Origin: Raillietiella orientalis
Taxonomy: Eukaryota
Direction: 5' to 3'
NCBI GenBank assembly: GCA_036172245.1
Contig: JAYWIR010000007.1
Span: 3,782,001-3,846,000 of the forward strand
DNA length: 64,000 nt
In this document: in pieces, positions 11,702 through 26,600 of the stretch
Layout: each line of letters begins with the position of its first letter
How positions within the stretch are numbered: the stretch's first letter is position 1
The notes under the pieces: generated by a model
The model's database searches: none
Told to the model about the DNA's origin: nothing
What the model saw: only the letters and a program-made list of their open reading frames with translations
Program-made: the position numbers and the translations under genes

Positions 11702-14700
11702 CTTGCAATGCAACAGCAGAGAATGGGTTTCAATTTGATTACATTTCCACCATCATTAGATTCCATAATCACTGAAAATAAATACGGACAAAAGCTGATG
11801 ATCCCAACAAGAAAATCATCAAAAAGTGAAGTTAATCAATCCAAAATTGACATACACCGGGGCCAGGCAATGTCCACTGCATTTTTTCGGTGATTATGCA
11901 CGTTTCTGCGGGAAAATTACTACTAGTGGTTGCCGAAATCAACCAAATGCAAGAAAATGTAGCCGCTTCTTAAGCATCACACCTATCCATACTACAATTG
12001 ATTCATTGCAGCCCACGGCTACAGAATTCGCGCATAGGTGACTGCTGGGATTACCAGTTTACCCAATCGCTCTGATTTTTCGAAACATTAAGATCATGCA
12101 GTACATGAAAAATTAAGTGATTACTCACACGTGAAAAATTTTATATATTTTTTTTGTGGTTTGCGCTATGGCTTTTCTTTCAAATTTGGGAGAAAAAAAA
12201 AACAACAACCAAGCCTGAACGGATTTCTTTCTGATAGCAAAGTGCTACTGAAAGAATGAGACACGAAAAGCAGCACATTGTCAACTTTCTTTTGTAATGT
12301 ATTTTCATATTTTTGTACAGTTCGATACTTTTTTCTTTTCACTTATTACTATTCATGCTTATGTATGTTGTCCTTCGGTTGAAAACTGAGACGCCGATAT
12401 AGTTGAAGCCTTTCCAAAATTACTTAAAGAAAGAAGGGAAAAGTGGCACAGAAAGTGATCAAAGTAATGTCGAAGACAACGGATTCAAAGGCTACTACTG
12501 TGTGAGTGCCGAATCACGAAAGTTACTTGGTCGCAACACTTTAATAACTCCTTTAAAGACTGAAAATCACAAAATCTCTCGATACGAAAGCTAAGACAGG
12601 TGCACAAATATAAACAAGCATGCATCTTATGGATAAACGATAAAATTTTGAAAGAAAATGAAATGAGTACACGAAAATCGCAAAATCAAAAGTGGAAATG
12701 GTTAGCAAGTTTTCAAAAAGAAGTAGCATGAATGATTCACAGAGGACAAACCAACACTTTTATTCATTATTGCTTAACCATGATTTCCAGGAGCTTTTTC
12801 AGTCTTTCGTAGAGTCTTACATTGTAAATGAATGGAGAAACAGCAAATTCATCTTTGGAAGAACGGAAGAAACACGTATCATGTAGAAAATAACGATACT
12901 TTGAAAGTTCTACACTTAGAAATGAGAAGCTTATTAGTGGATAGTGATTACTTCCATAAGAAGAGGAGATCCCCCAAAAATTTCCACTTTATTTTCTTTC
13001 TTTGTTACTGAATCGGTTTCAGGGAAGAAAATGAATTTGTATTACACACACAGCAGGTACAGGGTTAGGGTCTTGAAAAATTCTTTACGCTTCCATTTTC
13101 CATGTTTGCAGAATTTCTCAATTAATAAACAAATGATGTAAGGGTCACTCTCTAGAAATTGTTTCTCATTTTGTTTATAATGCAGAATGTTCTTATGTTT
13201 AATGTGCAAATGGCATCAAAATGAATTATGCTTTTTAAAATAGGAGGATTCATAAACAACTGAAAGCAAAGCTTTTCGAGTAAAACGTAAATAATTAAGT
13301 AATTAGTAAAAAATATGCCCTCTGGATGATTTGTTTCAAATTTCAGCTTTACTTGGAGGCTGCTAGCCTCCATCTGATAGAGCTCCCTTTGGAATCTGAA
13401 TTCTGATAAGAATGACTTCAGTCACTTCCGTCCACTGAAGTAATGCCCATGAAAATTCCGATTGTGCTGAAGAAACACACTCGATATTTTCAGTTTCCAT
13501 GAAACCATAGACAAAAGCTTCCATACCTTGCACTTTATTGTTTCTGAATATATGGGAAAAGGCCACACAGTGAATCCCATGTGGAAATAATCAAGCTTGT
13601 ATTCGATTTTTTTTTTTTTGAATCATCCAAGAAAGCAAGGATTAGACGACCTTTCTATATTGGACATTTGGATAAAGGGAGAAAAACCACCGACTTCTTT
13701 GTTTAAATCATGCGTACAGTTTATGTACATCAAGGTTAAGTGACCTTTAGTTCATCTGTAGAGATCCAACTTGAGTTCAGTGTGCACAAGTCTGTTGATG
13801 TGTTATTTGTGGAATGTGTAATAATCCATGCATTCATTGTTAAAAACAAATAGAAACGAAGCTTTTATATAATTATATGAAAGTACGATAATGCTGATTA
13901 CTGTTTATGGCATAGCAGAAAAATACAAAGGGAAAGTGATGAGTAGAACGAGTAATGACACAGACCTGAGAATATATGAACTACTGGAGAACAAAATAAG
14001 CAGCAATCCTCACAGATGTGCAAATTCTTTCTAAGGAGCGTTTCATTTATGTTTCATGAGCACCTTGAATATCAAAATGAAAAAAAAAAAAAAAAACTGA
14101 AATCTTACTTGGGTTTTAATCACATGTTTTTTAATCTTAATTAGTCTTTTGAATAAGGATAGAAGACACATAAAAGTCACATACATGACAGATGATTTGC
14201 AATGAGATGTGAATCTTTCTGTTGTAATGGAAAGGACAAAAGTCCTGAACTATTACGAAGCTGATCATGCATAAGTTCCTAATTTCAAATTGATATTTGT
14301 CATTTTCCTTGTGCAACCAGAGATTGCAAAAGGACATTCATAGAGAGTATATTTTCAGGACTTTAGACACATCTTGCATATTTTCTGCAAGAAAACAATT
14401 AACAACTGGACACGAGCTTTTCTTCTATATATGAACATGAGTATTCGCATATAAATAAACTCATCACATATAGCAATTCACCATAATTCGCCATTGCTAA
14501 TAAATAATTGACATTATTTTCGGTTTAGATTGTGGAACACGAAAGTGTTCATCAGTGTGCAGTGGTGGTGTGTTTTCCTAATGAAATCAGAAAGTAGAAT
14601 ATTAACCATATCTAATCCACAAACTAAGGAAACTATCGTGCACCTGCATGGATAAGTGTCGGTGTCAATCCTTTCACGAGTTGCATAAATCAGAATGAGA

Positions 14701-17605
14701 AACGATGAGTATTGGCTCCACTGAAACCCAGAGGATATCCTTTTTCGACAACTGAAAGCTATTCAAATCTCCCGAAAAAATATCTCACATAATTCATCAA
14801 CCGCCCAGGACGTCCTCTTTAGTCATAACTCTACGCTTCAACATGGCAATCATTTTCCCTTTATCATAGCAAGAGGACTGTAGTCTGTTTTCCTCCTAGA
14901 TCGCTAATAGAGAGGCATCGATATTTCCAGTAGCAGGAATAAAGATACATGCCTTTCCCCTAAGTCCACAAAAAAGTAAAAGGCACGAGTTTGTCTGCAA
15001 TGCTTTGCTTCTTATATTGGGAATTTATTTTGCCAAAAATAAATTATGTCGGTGCTAATTTTTTAAATATCACTTTAGGAACTTCGCTTGTACTATGCTC
15101 TTCCGGAACAAAGTCTTCGCTCTTCCCCTTCAGAATTTCCTATGTTGGTAGGCATTTCTGGATGTTTTCTTTGACGCGAATATTCAGAACAATGCATTGC
15201 TTTGAAATATGAAACTTTTGAGGCTCTGGTCAAAGAATTAAGAAACTTTGAGTGAAAAGAGTATCACCAGTTGCAATGCACTGTGCAGAAACAAGAGAGG
15301 AGTCTCAAGATCTGTTCAAATCAAAAGTGGTTCATTTCCTATCAGCTGGGTATGTAGACCCAACCTTTGTGCTGTTGAAGAAGTATTCAGGTGATTTCAA
15401 AATGGCCAGTCCTCATTTTGTTCCTTCTGCAGTGAAAACGAACTCGAATGGAACTGGGTTTTTGTTTTAATTTTTCGTCATAAAAGTTTTTGAAACGTGT
15501 GAACTGGCGCACATTTGAGACTGCAAGTTGATCAGCCCAACCGAAGACTACTTGCCACTATGTACGGATAGGCAGCTGTTGCTTATGAAACGGAGAGAAC
15601 AACCGAGCTCGAGGAGGTTCTAGAAAGACTTTTGTCCAGTCAAGTTTCGCCAAGGATACCAATATACTTTGGCAAACTCTCAAGCCTTTACTTTATCCCT
15701 GAGGAATTGGATACATATATCCGTGGTAGTCAACACGTTGTCATATTTTGAAACGGACTTGCGGAATCCACCTTTGGTAACGTATGGTGGAAATCTTAAG
15801 CACCGAAAACGCCACAAAGTATCCTTACTTTCACGGTCGCAGTTTGGCCGTTCTGAAAGCATTCTCTTCTACAAATTACTAACTATACTGAATACACATT
15901 TCGAGTAACATGCGCAAACTACTAGACTACCACTAGTGCTCATTCTATTATCAAGCCTTTTTATGAGTGAAGGAAATTACATCCATGTTTCTTTTTTCTT
16001 TTTTTTTTTTTTTTTACAAATGCTCTCCAATGTTCACATGCATTGCTAATGATTACCCGGATGTTATCTTTAAGTGACTCCTTCCACTTCATAAACATTT
16101 GCTGACTGTCATTAATTTTTCGTAAATGGATGCATGAACTGCAATGAACTTGGAAGATCGTAATCGTGCATTTTGCCCAAATGCCCCCCCCCCTCCCCTT
16201 CAAAGTAAGCAAAACAAAAAAAAGCTACAATACACATCCGCTCAATCAGAAAATCCTTTCTTCGTCCCGCCACACCCTTCCAGACCGAGAAGACGCAGAA
16301 GACTTTTTGGTTCGCGGCGATCAGGCTGGTCCACAAAATGCGTGAAAACATCCTTTATGCTGATAACTCGAGCAGATTTGTTGCTCCCGAAAAGTCACGA
16401 GCAGTCTGCCTTCAAGATTTTCCTGAAGGCAAAATCGCGTACCATCATTAATCAACATTACTGTGGCAGCAGTCCAAATTGAAATATCCCTGTCATGCAA
16501 TGGAGTAATCATTGTGCCGATTTTTTTTTTTTTTTTATCTCACGAAAAGCGTTCGAGATAAAAGAAATTGTTCCAGTTTTTGCAAACCAGAGTACAAACA
16601 CATGAGGAAAGCAGTGTAACGTAGAAATAAAATGCAATATAAGGGGATCTGCGCTCCTCTTGCAAAGGAGTAACATCAACAGAGAATCACAGCCATAGGA
16701 AAAAATGAAAGTCAAGGAGCACAACAGTAAGTAGCAAAGAGACTGCCATAGGCAGCAAGAAAGATTTAACGAAAGAAAAACTTTACATGCAAACACAGGG
16801 CAAAATTGGAAATTAATATGGGAGGTAAGGAGATATCAAAATCTATTGCTTTCTTTGCCCCCGACTGGTGATATCTCGAAGTGTGTTCTTCGAATAAATG
16901 CGATATCTACTGGAAAGATATCACATTTATTATCAAGCATTCCTCACAGCAGACTCTTGATGTCAGTGGTGTTAATCCAAAACCCCATAATCATGAAGTT
17001 TCCCTGGTGATCTCAGTGAGGCCCTCTGCCACACTACACAGAAGTGGCACATCAATATGTGAAAGACACTTAACATGCGAAATATGAAACCTGAACATGT
17101 GATGGCTAGCTCCCCTTTCAAAATAGAAACTGAACTTACTTTGAACTTGCAGATGTTGCTTACTATGGCCTGCCAGTTCCTTTGCACAAATAAATGCTGG
17201 AACTAGACACAATTAACTTCTAAGTTCTATTTCAACTTTAAGCATGTTACATCCAGCATTTCAAAGACTACCTTAATTCAAAAAAGGGGCAGCAGGCTAT
17301 TGTATTCGGTATTTCAGCAATTCTTATTCAAACTTGAATGCACACCTGATGGGCAATCAATGATACCCAGAACATAAGTAAAAATCAACTGGTATGTCTG
17401 CTTTAAGCAACAGTACTTTTTCGTATTAATGATTTCTTTGTCCATCTATTTACTCTGATTACAACATACAAATTATTAAGGCATTTGCTTAGTTAAAGAT
17501 TCTGTGTATGACTATCAGCTGGACTGTTCAGCCTACATCCATACATACTGAATGATGTATTTGCTGAAATTAATGAAAGAACAAGTGACTAGGATAATAA
17601 GAACA

Positions 17606-20600
17606 TTACGCAGCACATTCCACTACAGATAATGAAGTCTCACTGTCTTCAGGAGGAACACACTGCAGTAACAAGTGTCTGTTGGGTTTGGCAGTCCTTA
17701 GCAGATCAGGTTTACTAGGAGTGCAACCACTGACCAAAGCCTCCATAGCTCGATACAAGAAAAGATAATCATCTAAAGTCCGCAGCATACCAGGTCTTTG
17801 GGTACTGTAAACCTTGACATATAAATACACATCAACACACTGCTCCAGTTCAAGCTGTTCACACAGTGACAACAGGCAACAAAAAGTGGCAGCATCTGTG
17901 CTTCCATCTGGATCTACCACAATTACAGGACCACTATGATCAGAATGATGTGCTTCTTGCACTAAATGGATTAAATCAAAAACACTTGTAAGGGAAGGGC
18001 AACAATGAGGCCATCCTGGATAATGGATAAGTTGCAAATTCATTTCATAATCATCAGGAATGGACTGTGCACTGAAAAGGAAAGTTACTAATTCTGCCTG
18101 GTGACTCTCTTCCAACAGGCGCACTGTAAATGTTTCCCGCTCCAGTTCAAGTCCTTGCTGGGGCCAAAAAGTTCCCATTTCAAAGGGAGAAAGCAAAACA
18201 ATCATCTGTGCATTGGTATCCCATACCATCTGCCAGAAATCTTCTACAGTGCACTCTAGTGGGTGCTGAGTTACTATGAACTGATGCAAACGAAGGCAAC
18301 CTGGAAGCCAACTGGCATTAATGTAACTACTTCCTTCTTCTCCAGGACGGCATGCCAAGCAAACACGAGATTTATCAGGGGGCAACAAAGCTCCTAAACG
18401 GTTCTTATGGGCATTGCATTCTTTGGTAGCTTCTAGTCGAGGTATGTCCCCAGTTCCAGCTGCTATCACTAATTGGAATTGGGATTGTAATATGGTGGTA
18501 CTATGTAAATAATGTTTCAAAAGAGGAGCACCCACATCAGTGTCCCCACTAATAAGAGCCTCCAAAAGAGCATCATGCAGAAAGACATACTGTTCTTCTG
18601 TTTGAACTAAAAAATTACGCTGGCGTCGAATGTGTCTGAGATAAGCAAAAACACTGATCTGTCCAGTGGCCCTTGCTTGTTTCAAGAGAGCATCCAGTGC
18701 AATATAAGTGCCTGTTCTTCCAACACCCGCACTGCAATGAACAACAATAGGTCCACTATCAGGGGAGTTCATAGCAGCTGATTTTCGTACAAAACTAAGG
18801 ATAGGTAAGGGGTGGTCAGGGGTTCCATGGTCTGGCCAACTGGTATAGTGATACTGGTACACTAAACGTTCCCCTTGTCTGCCTTTCTTGCATTTAGCCT
18901 GCAGACCATAGGATATATACATACATTATATACATAAATAGTAGCTTGAACTTCACCTTCAGATGTCGCACTTGCAGCTGACGCACTGTGTAATTAGCCA
19001 AGACTACCTCCTTAAGTAAACGCACTTGAATAACACCATAAGTTTCCACATCTTCCTTTGGCCAGTACTGATCACATTTTTTCTGCAAAAAAAAGAATAC
19101 ATCAACATCCAATTCAATAAAATCTTTCTGGTTCCCATACTCTTCCTCTTTCAACTAAATTGGTGATCATAACTATAACATGCACATGTTGCTCCCAAAC
19201 CATACGCCAAAAACCTTCGAATGTTGATGGAAGGGGACCTTGTGTAGCAATATAAGCTCGTGGCTGCTTATAACCATCAATGTAATTTGCATTGACATAT
19301 TCAGGGATCCTGCGTCGACCTGGCAGAGGACGGAGATGCACTCTTGAGTGATCATAAGCCACAATATTCATGTAACGGTTCTTGGGTTTGTTATCAGGAT
19401 GCTGAGACAAATCTGCAGGTAGAGCCTCCTGACCACAAAGCACTTGCAGTGCTTCATATTCCTTGCTAAAGCCAATGTCACCATCAGCATGCAGCTGAGC
19501 AACATGGGCTGGAAACTGATTGACAAGGATTGGCTTAATTCCAGGTTCATCCTCTTGATCCCATGTAACAATCACTTTTTCTTCCAATGGTGATGCATCA
19601 TCCAGGCAAGAGTACGACATCTGGAAATATCTCCTTTGGAAGGATGAGTCCCTTATCTTGGGTCATCACATGGTGCAAATACCTCCACATAACAAGAGCC
19701 AAACAACTAAGCAAGAGTGCAAACACCATAAAAACAACTCCAGCAACAATGCCTGCACTCAGTTCAGGAATTCCCAAGCTCCCTGCTGCTTGCCCTGATA
19801 GAGGTAAGCAATTTGTCTGCAGCAGAACTTTTCGTGATTCCGAGGAAGGGCCACGGAAAACAGAGTCTTGAAGTATGCTACGTGTACCAGCTTGTAACTT
19901 GACTTCATACATGTGATCTACTGTCAAGTTTGGAAGAAGCATCTAGAGTGCAATGCATGTATATATTAAATAGCATACAATGATGCAGTTAACCCACCAT
20001 ATGTTCCTGCTTTGAAGCATGTGTGTGTACTACTATTTCCTGGAAGTCATACATGTCCTCTCTTCGAAATAAAATGTAGTAATAATCCAAACTATGGCAA
20101 AATAGGCGAGGTCGACGCCACTGTATAAGTATCACATCTGGTCCTTGACAAGTAAGATTGGTAATGGTTGGAGAAGTTGGTGCTGACACATCTGTGAACA
20201 GGACAAGAGTGTCAGATGGTTCTCCTTCATTTTTTCCAGTGTAACCCTTCAGCCAGATCTTGTATTCTGTGTTTGGTTCTGCATCCCAATTAGCTCATAT
20301 TCATAACAAAAAAACTCCTACTTAATTCAGATAAATGATATTCATGTTTGCCATTGAGATCACGGATAGTTTTAACATCCGTGAAATTTTTATGCATGAA
20401 ATACAAGCGGTATCCAAGCAGGTTACCATTGGGATGACTGGGTGGCTCCCAATGCAAATGGATGGATGTATCAGTGACTTTGTTCACCATAAGGTTGAGT
20501 GGTTTGCTGGGAACTGGAAAACATCTTTGTTGAGAAACCAGAGGTTTGAGACATCCAAGAAAACGCTGTGAAATACGGGGAATGTCTTACAGTTGACAAA

Positions 20601-23600
20601 TGATAACTTACAAACAAGTACATGTCAAAAAAACAAAACTTACTTTCATCTTTGTTCGCAGTTTTTAGCTCTGAAATTGAGTAGGTATCTGTAACAAGCA
20701 CAACATTCAACAATGTGGATGTTGCATTTTCAATCTTATCGGAGTCATCGGTTAGCCGGTCATATTTTGCATTCTCTTGCACAAGGACAGTTCCCACCAC
20801 GTTAATGAGTATAAAAATCTTTGCATTCAAAAGCATAACTAAAACGCTTCAGAAGATTGTGATAATACTTCTCATAATACTTTATTACAACTGTAACTGC
20901 CGTGAAATTCGTCCGAAGAATACAAAACAACTGAACATCCTCAACATTCTGAGGATTCACCGGTGAACGATCCGGGAACGAAAATTTCATCCTTTCATTT
21001 TTTTTTTTTTTTTTTTTTCCTTCCTTTGTATCCTACAGTTAGTACGATCACAAATCACTTGAGATAAATAGAACAATCAATACACCAATTTTTGAACAGC
21101 AACGAAATATCTTTTGCAAACTCTTCGAGGTACTGAAATTGTTAATCAAACTGAGGGGCTATTTTCCCCGAATAAATTCAGTTCACTTCAAAAGTTACAC
21201 ATACAAACTTTGGCAGAACGCGACTGCTCGGCTAACTAGCTCAGCAGCACTTTGTCACCAGATTTTGTTCACCCAACGCTCGAACAAAATGAGAAAGTAA
21301 TAATAGCTACGATGGTATCCAGATCATTAAAGATGTTGTTACAAAAGGAATCTTGTTCACATAGCGGAGATTATGTATACGTTTACAACAGTACAATCAT
21401 TTTACTGCGGGTGATACCCGTAACTGTCTCGGTTGGTAAGAATCCCCATTCCGGATTTCGACACTGTAAACAGCGAAAAATGGTACCTTTGATACGAATT
21501 CACTAAAGTAAAAAAACGCGTCAAAGAACATTCAAGACGGTGAACCGCAAATAGGCACTCCAAGAATTCGGCTGTGTGACTGCAACTTTGCAACATAAAG
21601 TATCTTTGTCTCGAAAGAATAAGGAGAAAAAAAAAAAAAAAGCTTCAACTTTGGCACCGCTGCTCGCGATCTACACGGTTTGCCGTATTTATTTTCCACA
21701 TATATGGAGCGTGCGTTTCCTAATCTGAAAAACAAATAGAAACAGGGAGAGTAAAAAAAAAAATGAATAGTCCTTCTGTGAAAACAAACCAAGGGAAACA
21801 AGCAGGAAGCCTGGTTACCATCTGCGAATTCCGCATGCACTTCTGAAGGGAAAGACCATATGAAACACTTTTCCCTCGTGCAGTGAAACAAAGAATGGGC
21901 GCTTGCCATCATGTGAGCGTTTCTCGAGCAATCAGCTCGGCCTGTCTGATGTTATCACCAAGCAGGACTTGGTGGGCGCAGCTACCGTCTGAGTGAACTC
22001 CAGACGCTGCAGCAGGTCGGTGGGTTGCGACACGCGCTCCTGTGCCTTCCCGTCTTGATCCCCAACTCTCTCTTGCAGGCATTCCGGAGCACGGTTGCTA
22101 CGGCAGATTCCGACTTGACCAACGCCGGGAAGAACTTCAGGGCAGGCGAACTTTCTTCGAGTACGGTAAATCCTCGTTTCCGTTTTTTTCTTCTTCCTCT
22201 TTTTCTTCCTATTGTGTGTGTGTGTGTTTCTTCTCAAGGTCACAGACCTTCCAGAGGGTTAGAAGAGGCTATTCCAGCGTCCTGGAATTTCCTATAAACT
22301 GAAACTGCTGTTCTTTCTATGTTCTTTCTTCATTTGCTTTCCTATTCTAATCTTGGAATGCAAGTTGCAGCACAGATGTATCGCTGCTTCCTTTAGAGAC
22401 ACGGCCATGTTTCTCATCGGCTCCGAGACACGAATCTCTTCTCCTGTGTCTGTAATTTATTTACAGGAAGTGTGCTAATGTGGTAATGGTAGTAATGGGG
22501 GGGATAGAATGAATGCAAGAGCGAGTGCGAAACCGCCAGTGCTGGCAAGTCGATGGTGAATTCTCGATGACTTTCTGTGTGCCTCCCATTCTCAAGGAAT
22601 GCATGAAGGAAGTAGAAAGGAATCGGGCAATGAAAGCAGCATAAATACTTGCTAGAGCTCGCGTGATCTCCTAATGCTCATGGTCAGCGCAGTGTCAAGA
22701 CTCTGGACGAAGAGAGAACGGAAAGTTTTCGATCCCAGAAGAACCACCTTCACTGGACTTGCAATCGGAAGGAAAGTCTTGAAGCTGGTGGTATGCGCAC
22801 GGGCAAACAAACAAGAAGTATACGATACCTCCTTCGTCGGTGGTAACGAGGACGGTGGCGCTAGGTCCAAGCCCCTCTGCATTGTAGGCTTGCAGGGAGA
22901 TCAGGTACTTCGTGAATACCTCCAGGCCACTGATCTTGTATGCCTGAGGAATCGAACCTAGGGATGAGATCTCCAAAATCCGGAAGACCGACCTTCAGAT
23001 CCGGATGCGGCTCCCGAACTTCCTTGACGGCCGCAGAGTCGTCTCCGTGCCGCCGATGAGTGATGCGAAATCCCAGCAGCTCCCCATTCATGGCGTGGGC
23101 GGGTGGCGGCTCCCACTGAAGCCAGACAGAAGTGTCGCTCAGGTTATGGGCGGAGGTTATCGTTGGCCTTGCCTCAGGAGCTAAAGGGAAACAGGGATAG
23201 TAAGCAAGAGTGAGGGGTGACGGAGGTACGCACCTTCCCTCAGGGTCACCATGTAGTACGACTCGTTGCTAGCCGGGCTCCTACCAAGGACGTTCTCTGC
23301 GTACACGCGGAAGCTGTACACAGTGAAGGGGGACAAGCTCGCTACCTGGAAGGCCGTAGCGTTGTCCGGAGTCTTCGTCACCATCTCCCACTCCCCTCTT
23401 TCACCCATCCTGAAAACAGCCATCGTCGGGGGTTGGCTCGTCGATGACTTCCCGACCCACTCTGCGCGAAACGCTTAGGACCAACACTATGGCGAAGGAA
23501 AGGATGAGTAGCGTGCGATCTTCGGGGAGAGAGAGAAAAGGCCCTCCTAAACTTCCCACGAGTTTCCTTTCGTGTCTGGAAGCAGCTCCTTGGAAGAAGA

Positions 23601-26600
23601 CAGAAAATATTGAGAGGACCCCTTAGGAGTCCCGGAAGTATCGCATAGGCACAAAGAAAAAAGGAGGGAAGGGAAGGGGAAATAGCGACTGGAAGCAGTA
23701 GCTACAGCTATAGCGAGTGAAAAGTACGACGAGTTTACAGGCAGCTCAGTTCTTTGAGGAACTCTTGTGTTGCCTGAATGCTTCGATGAAAGGGACATAG
23801 GCACAGATGCTGTTTCGCTCCAAGGATGCTGCGGGGAAGGAAGGCAAATAACCTTCCTCCCGTGACCTCGTCCCTGCCCACTCATCGTCCCTCTTCCGGA
23901 AGCTCCCCAAATCAGGTATCCACGTGACCCCTCCTCAGATGCTGGCGAGAAAAACCAGGAACATGGCCCACTACACGCAGAAAAGGGAAGAAAGGGGGAA
24001 GAGGTAGGTAGAAAAGGAGACGCAGGCGAGGGAAGGCACTTCCCGGGCCCTCTCCCTCTCGCCGTTCGATGCAGCAGCTCGAGTGGGGTTGAGCACCTCG
24101 GGAGGCAGTGGGCAGAACCTGCAAAGGACACGAGATGGGGAGCATTCTAGGAGGAGGAACACCTGGGGAGGAAGAAGCACATTGGAAGGCGGTGGGATGG
24201 GCAACGAGGAGTAAGGCCGCTATTGAGGGTCATGGAAGGAGCACAGAGTCCTTTCTCAGTCTTCCCTCCAGGAAGGATGACGACGTCCACCGGGGAGAAG
24301 ACGAAAATATATGACGTCTAGGATGTTCTCTTGCATCCTTTCGGGAAGACGGAACTTCTATGTGCGGACCAAGGGAGGGAGAAAGGAATCAGAGTTCTTC
24401 CAGGTTTCCGCCTTACCCTCCCTCCCTCATTGCTGCCCCAGTTGCGCCTGTATTTGTTCGCCAAGAGGAAGAGCAGAAAGATTTCTGGTCTTCGGAAGGG
24501 TGGCTGCCACCCTGGAGGGACTTCTGGAGAAGAAATGAGTGCGTTGGAAGGGGGTTGAGAGGGGAAAGGCGCATCAGGGAATCAGACCTTCCTACTTCCC
24601 CTCTTCTGTCATGGAGACGGCAGTTTGTCGGAATGGGAGCGCTGCAGAGGACCGCCTACTTGGGACTCGCGCGCATTTTCGGCAGGAACGCACGCGAATT
24701 CGTCCACTTCTCCAAACGGGGACCTCACCTTCCCGTGGGAGCAAGACCGCTTCCGAAAAGGGGTGGGCAGCACTGGAGGAGAGGTTGCGAGACGCAAAGG
24801 CTCACCACATGTGTGAGGAGAGAGCGAGGCACAGGCGAAGGCACTGCCACCAGCCCTCGAGACGAGTAGACGAGTCAGCTCATAAAAGGGCCTGTGACTC
24901 GCACCCCACTGAGCTCGTGAGTGGACGGGACGAAGAGAAGCGCCAGAAACAGATGAGCTCCGGCGGTAAGAGAGTGGGTAAGAACGGTCCTCCCCCCCCC
25001 CGTTCGCGCAGACTGCATAGAAAGACCGCCCGCCCACGTCTCCGTCTGCATTGAGATCCTCATCTCCCGCAGCACCCCTATCTTACTTTCAAGCACCTTC
25101 CTGATCCCAAAAACCTTCCCGTTTCCGTCTTCCCTTTCTTACCTTTCCTCGATGAGGTAGTGCAGGACCGGACTATTATGGTTGTTGAAGCTGGGAGACC
25201 AGGACAGATTGGCAGTCCGGGAAGTGAAACTCACGACGAGAGGGCGGCCCGGAGCGTCTGGAACATCTGCAGAGAAAGGGAGCTGTGAGAAAGGCAAGGA
25301 CCTTGGTCCGCTCCCTTGAACTCTGGAAGACAATGGCAAGCCAGAGCATATCTGCGGGTAGCAGTGCTGCCAGCGCACCAAGGATGGTCATATGGGAGGG
25401 AGGGAGAATCCAGAGCGCTTCCGAAACTCAAAAAGCGGGAGAAGAGCGATGTGTCTTGCGAGTTCCCAGGGGAACACGCGTAATTTCCCACGTCACCGGA
25501 GGCCGAGGTCTATTCCTTTCCGAGATGCTGAAAACCACGGTTCTTGCCCACGAGTGCTGGGGTCAGCGCGCGTGCGTGCCTTCTCTTCCCTCTGCCCCCC
25601 GTTCCCCACTGCTTATCACTTTATTCCTCACAGCTGCAGGAATTCGCGAGAGGAGGTCGCCCGGGCTCCGGAGTGGATCCGGGGAGGATGGAAACAATGC
25701 GTGGGTCGTAAGAATGGACCGAGAAGGTGAGGAAGCAGATGCCTCGGGTGGAGGCAGACGGATCTCTCCACTACTCCCTCCCTCCCTCCGCCGATAGCGT
25801 GCCTCCAGAAAGAGGGCGTTCTCCTGTGCCCCCTCATCCTCTCCGATCCCGGTTTGCCTGCCCGGAGGGAAGCGAATGATCGATAATCGGTGCCCCGACG
25901 GAATTTCCACCGCTTACTGGGCACATAACTACCAGGGAAGCAAAGCGCCTGGTGAAAACCAAACGGGAAACTGGAAGCGGGAGGCCCGGGATACCTCCGA
26001 GCTAACTGAAAGGGTGAAGGAAAAAAATATATATATTTGAAAGAAAGCAGCGAAGACAGAAAGGGTGAAAAGGAAAGAGAGAGTAGAGGGGCATCTGCAG
26101 GAATGTTGGGGGGAGAGGAACTGCAGCTTTCTTATCCTGCTGCTTGCAACGAAGATAGGGATGCGTCCGGGATCGCGTCCCACGCGCTTTCGAAATGGGG
26201 AGAGGGGCCGTTAAGGGGGCCTCTGAGCGGTAAGCAGGAGCATCACGACCCTAATAACTACAAAGCGCTGTCTGGGAAGCAGTACATCCAGGGGAACTGA
26301 CTGCCGTGACATGCGCAGGACGAAGGCATGGATGGGGGTGAGAAGGAGGGTCCACGTCGGGCTACGAGTCGGACCTCATACATAAGACAAGGAAAGCCGG
26401 TGAGCACTACAGAAGAGCTGGAGGGTCTCTGAAGGGGGCAAATGGGGCGTTTGGAAGGGTGACTGGGAAAGGCGACGAGGGCAGATGAGTTCGAGGGAGG
26501 GAGGGAGAAAGGAGACTGCAAACTTGTGCACCCGGCGTTACCACAGATGCTGCTTCCATCTCCTCCTCCGCTCCTTCCAGGCCTCCTCAGAGCGATTGCG

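Noticed and set aside
12400..13570. Short exon-like segments (e.g. ELFQSFVESYIVNEWRNSKF)
   Set aside because: Could not be joined into a consistent reading frame; left uncalled.
15076..15102. Resemblance to miR-276 (taggaacttc...tgctct)
   Set aside because: Interrupted by an insertion and no complementary arm to form a precursor.
17880..17930. Loss of the catalytic Cys in the second phosphatase domain (VVDPDG)
   Set aside because: Cys-to-Asp in D2 is already known for Ptp99A and the PTPRG/PTPRZ1 subfamily; not novel and not a pseudogene sign.
22944..22965. GGTTCGATTCC tRNA T-loop-like sequence on the minus strand
   Set aside because: Lies in the 3' end of a 49-nt Ptp99A intron with no other tRNA structure.
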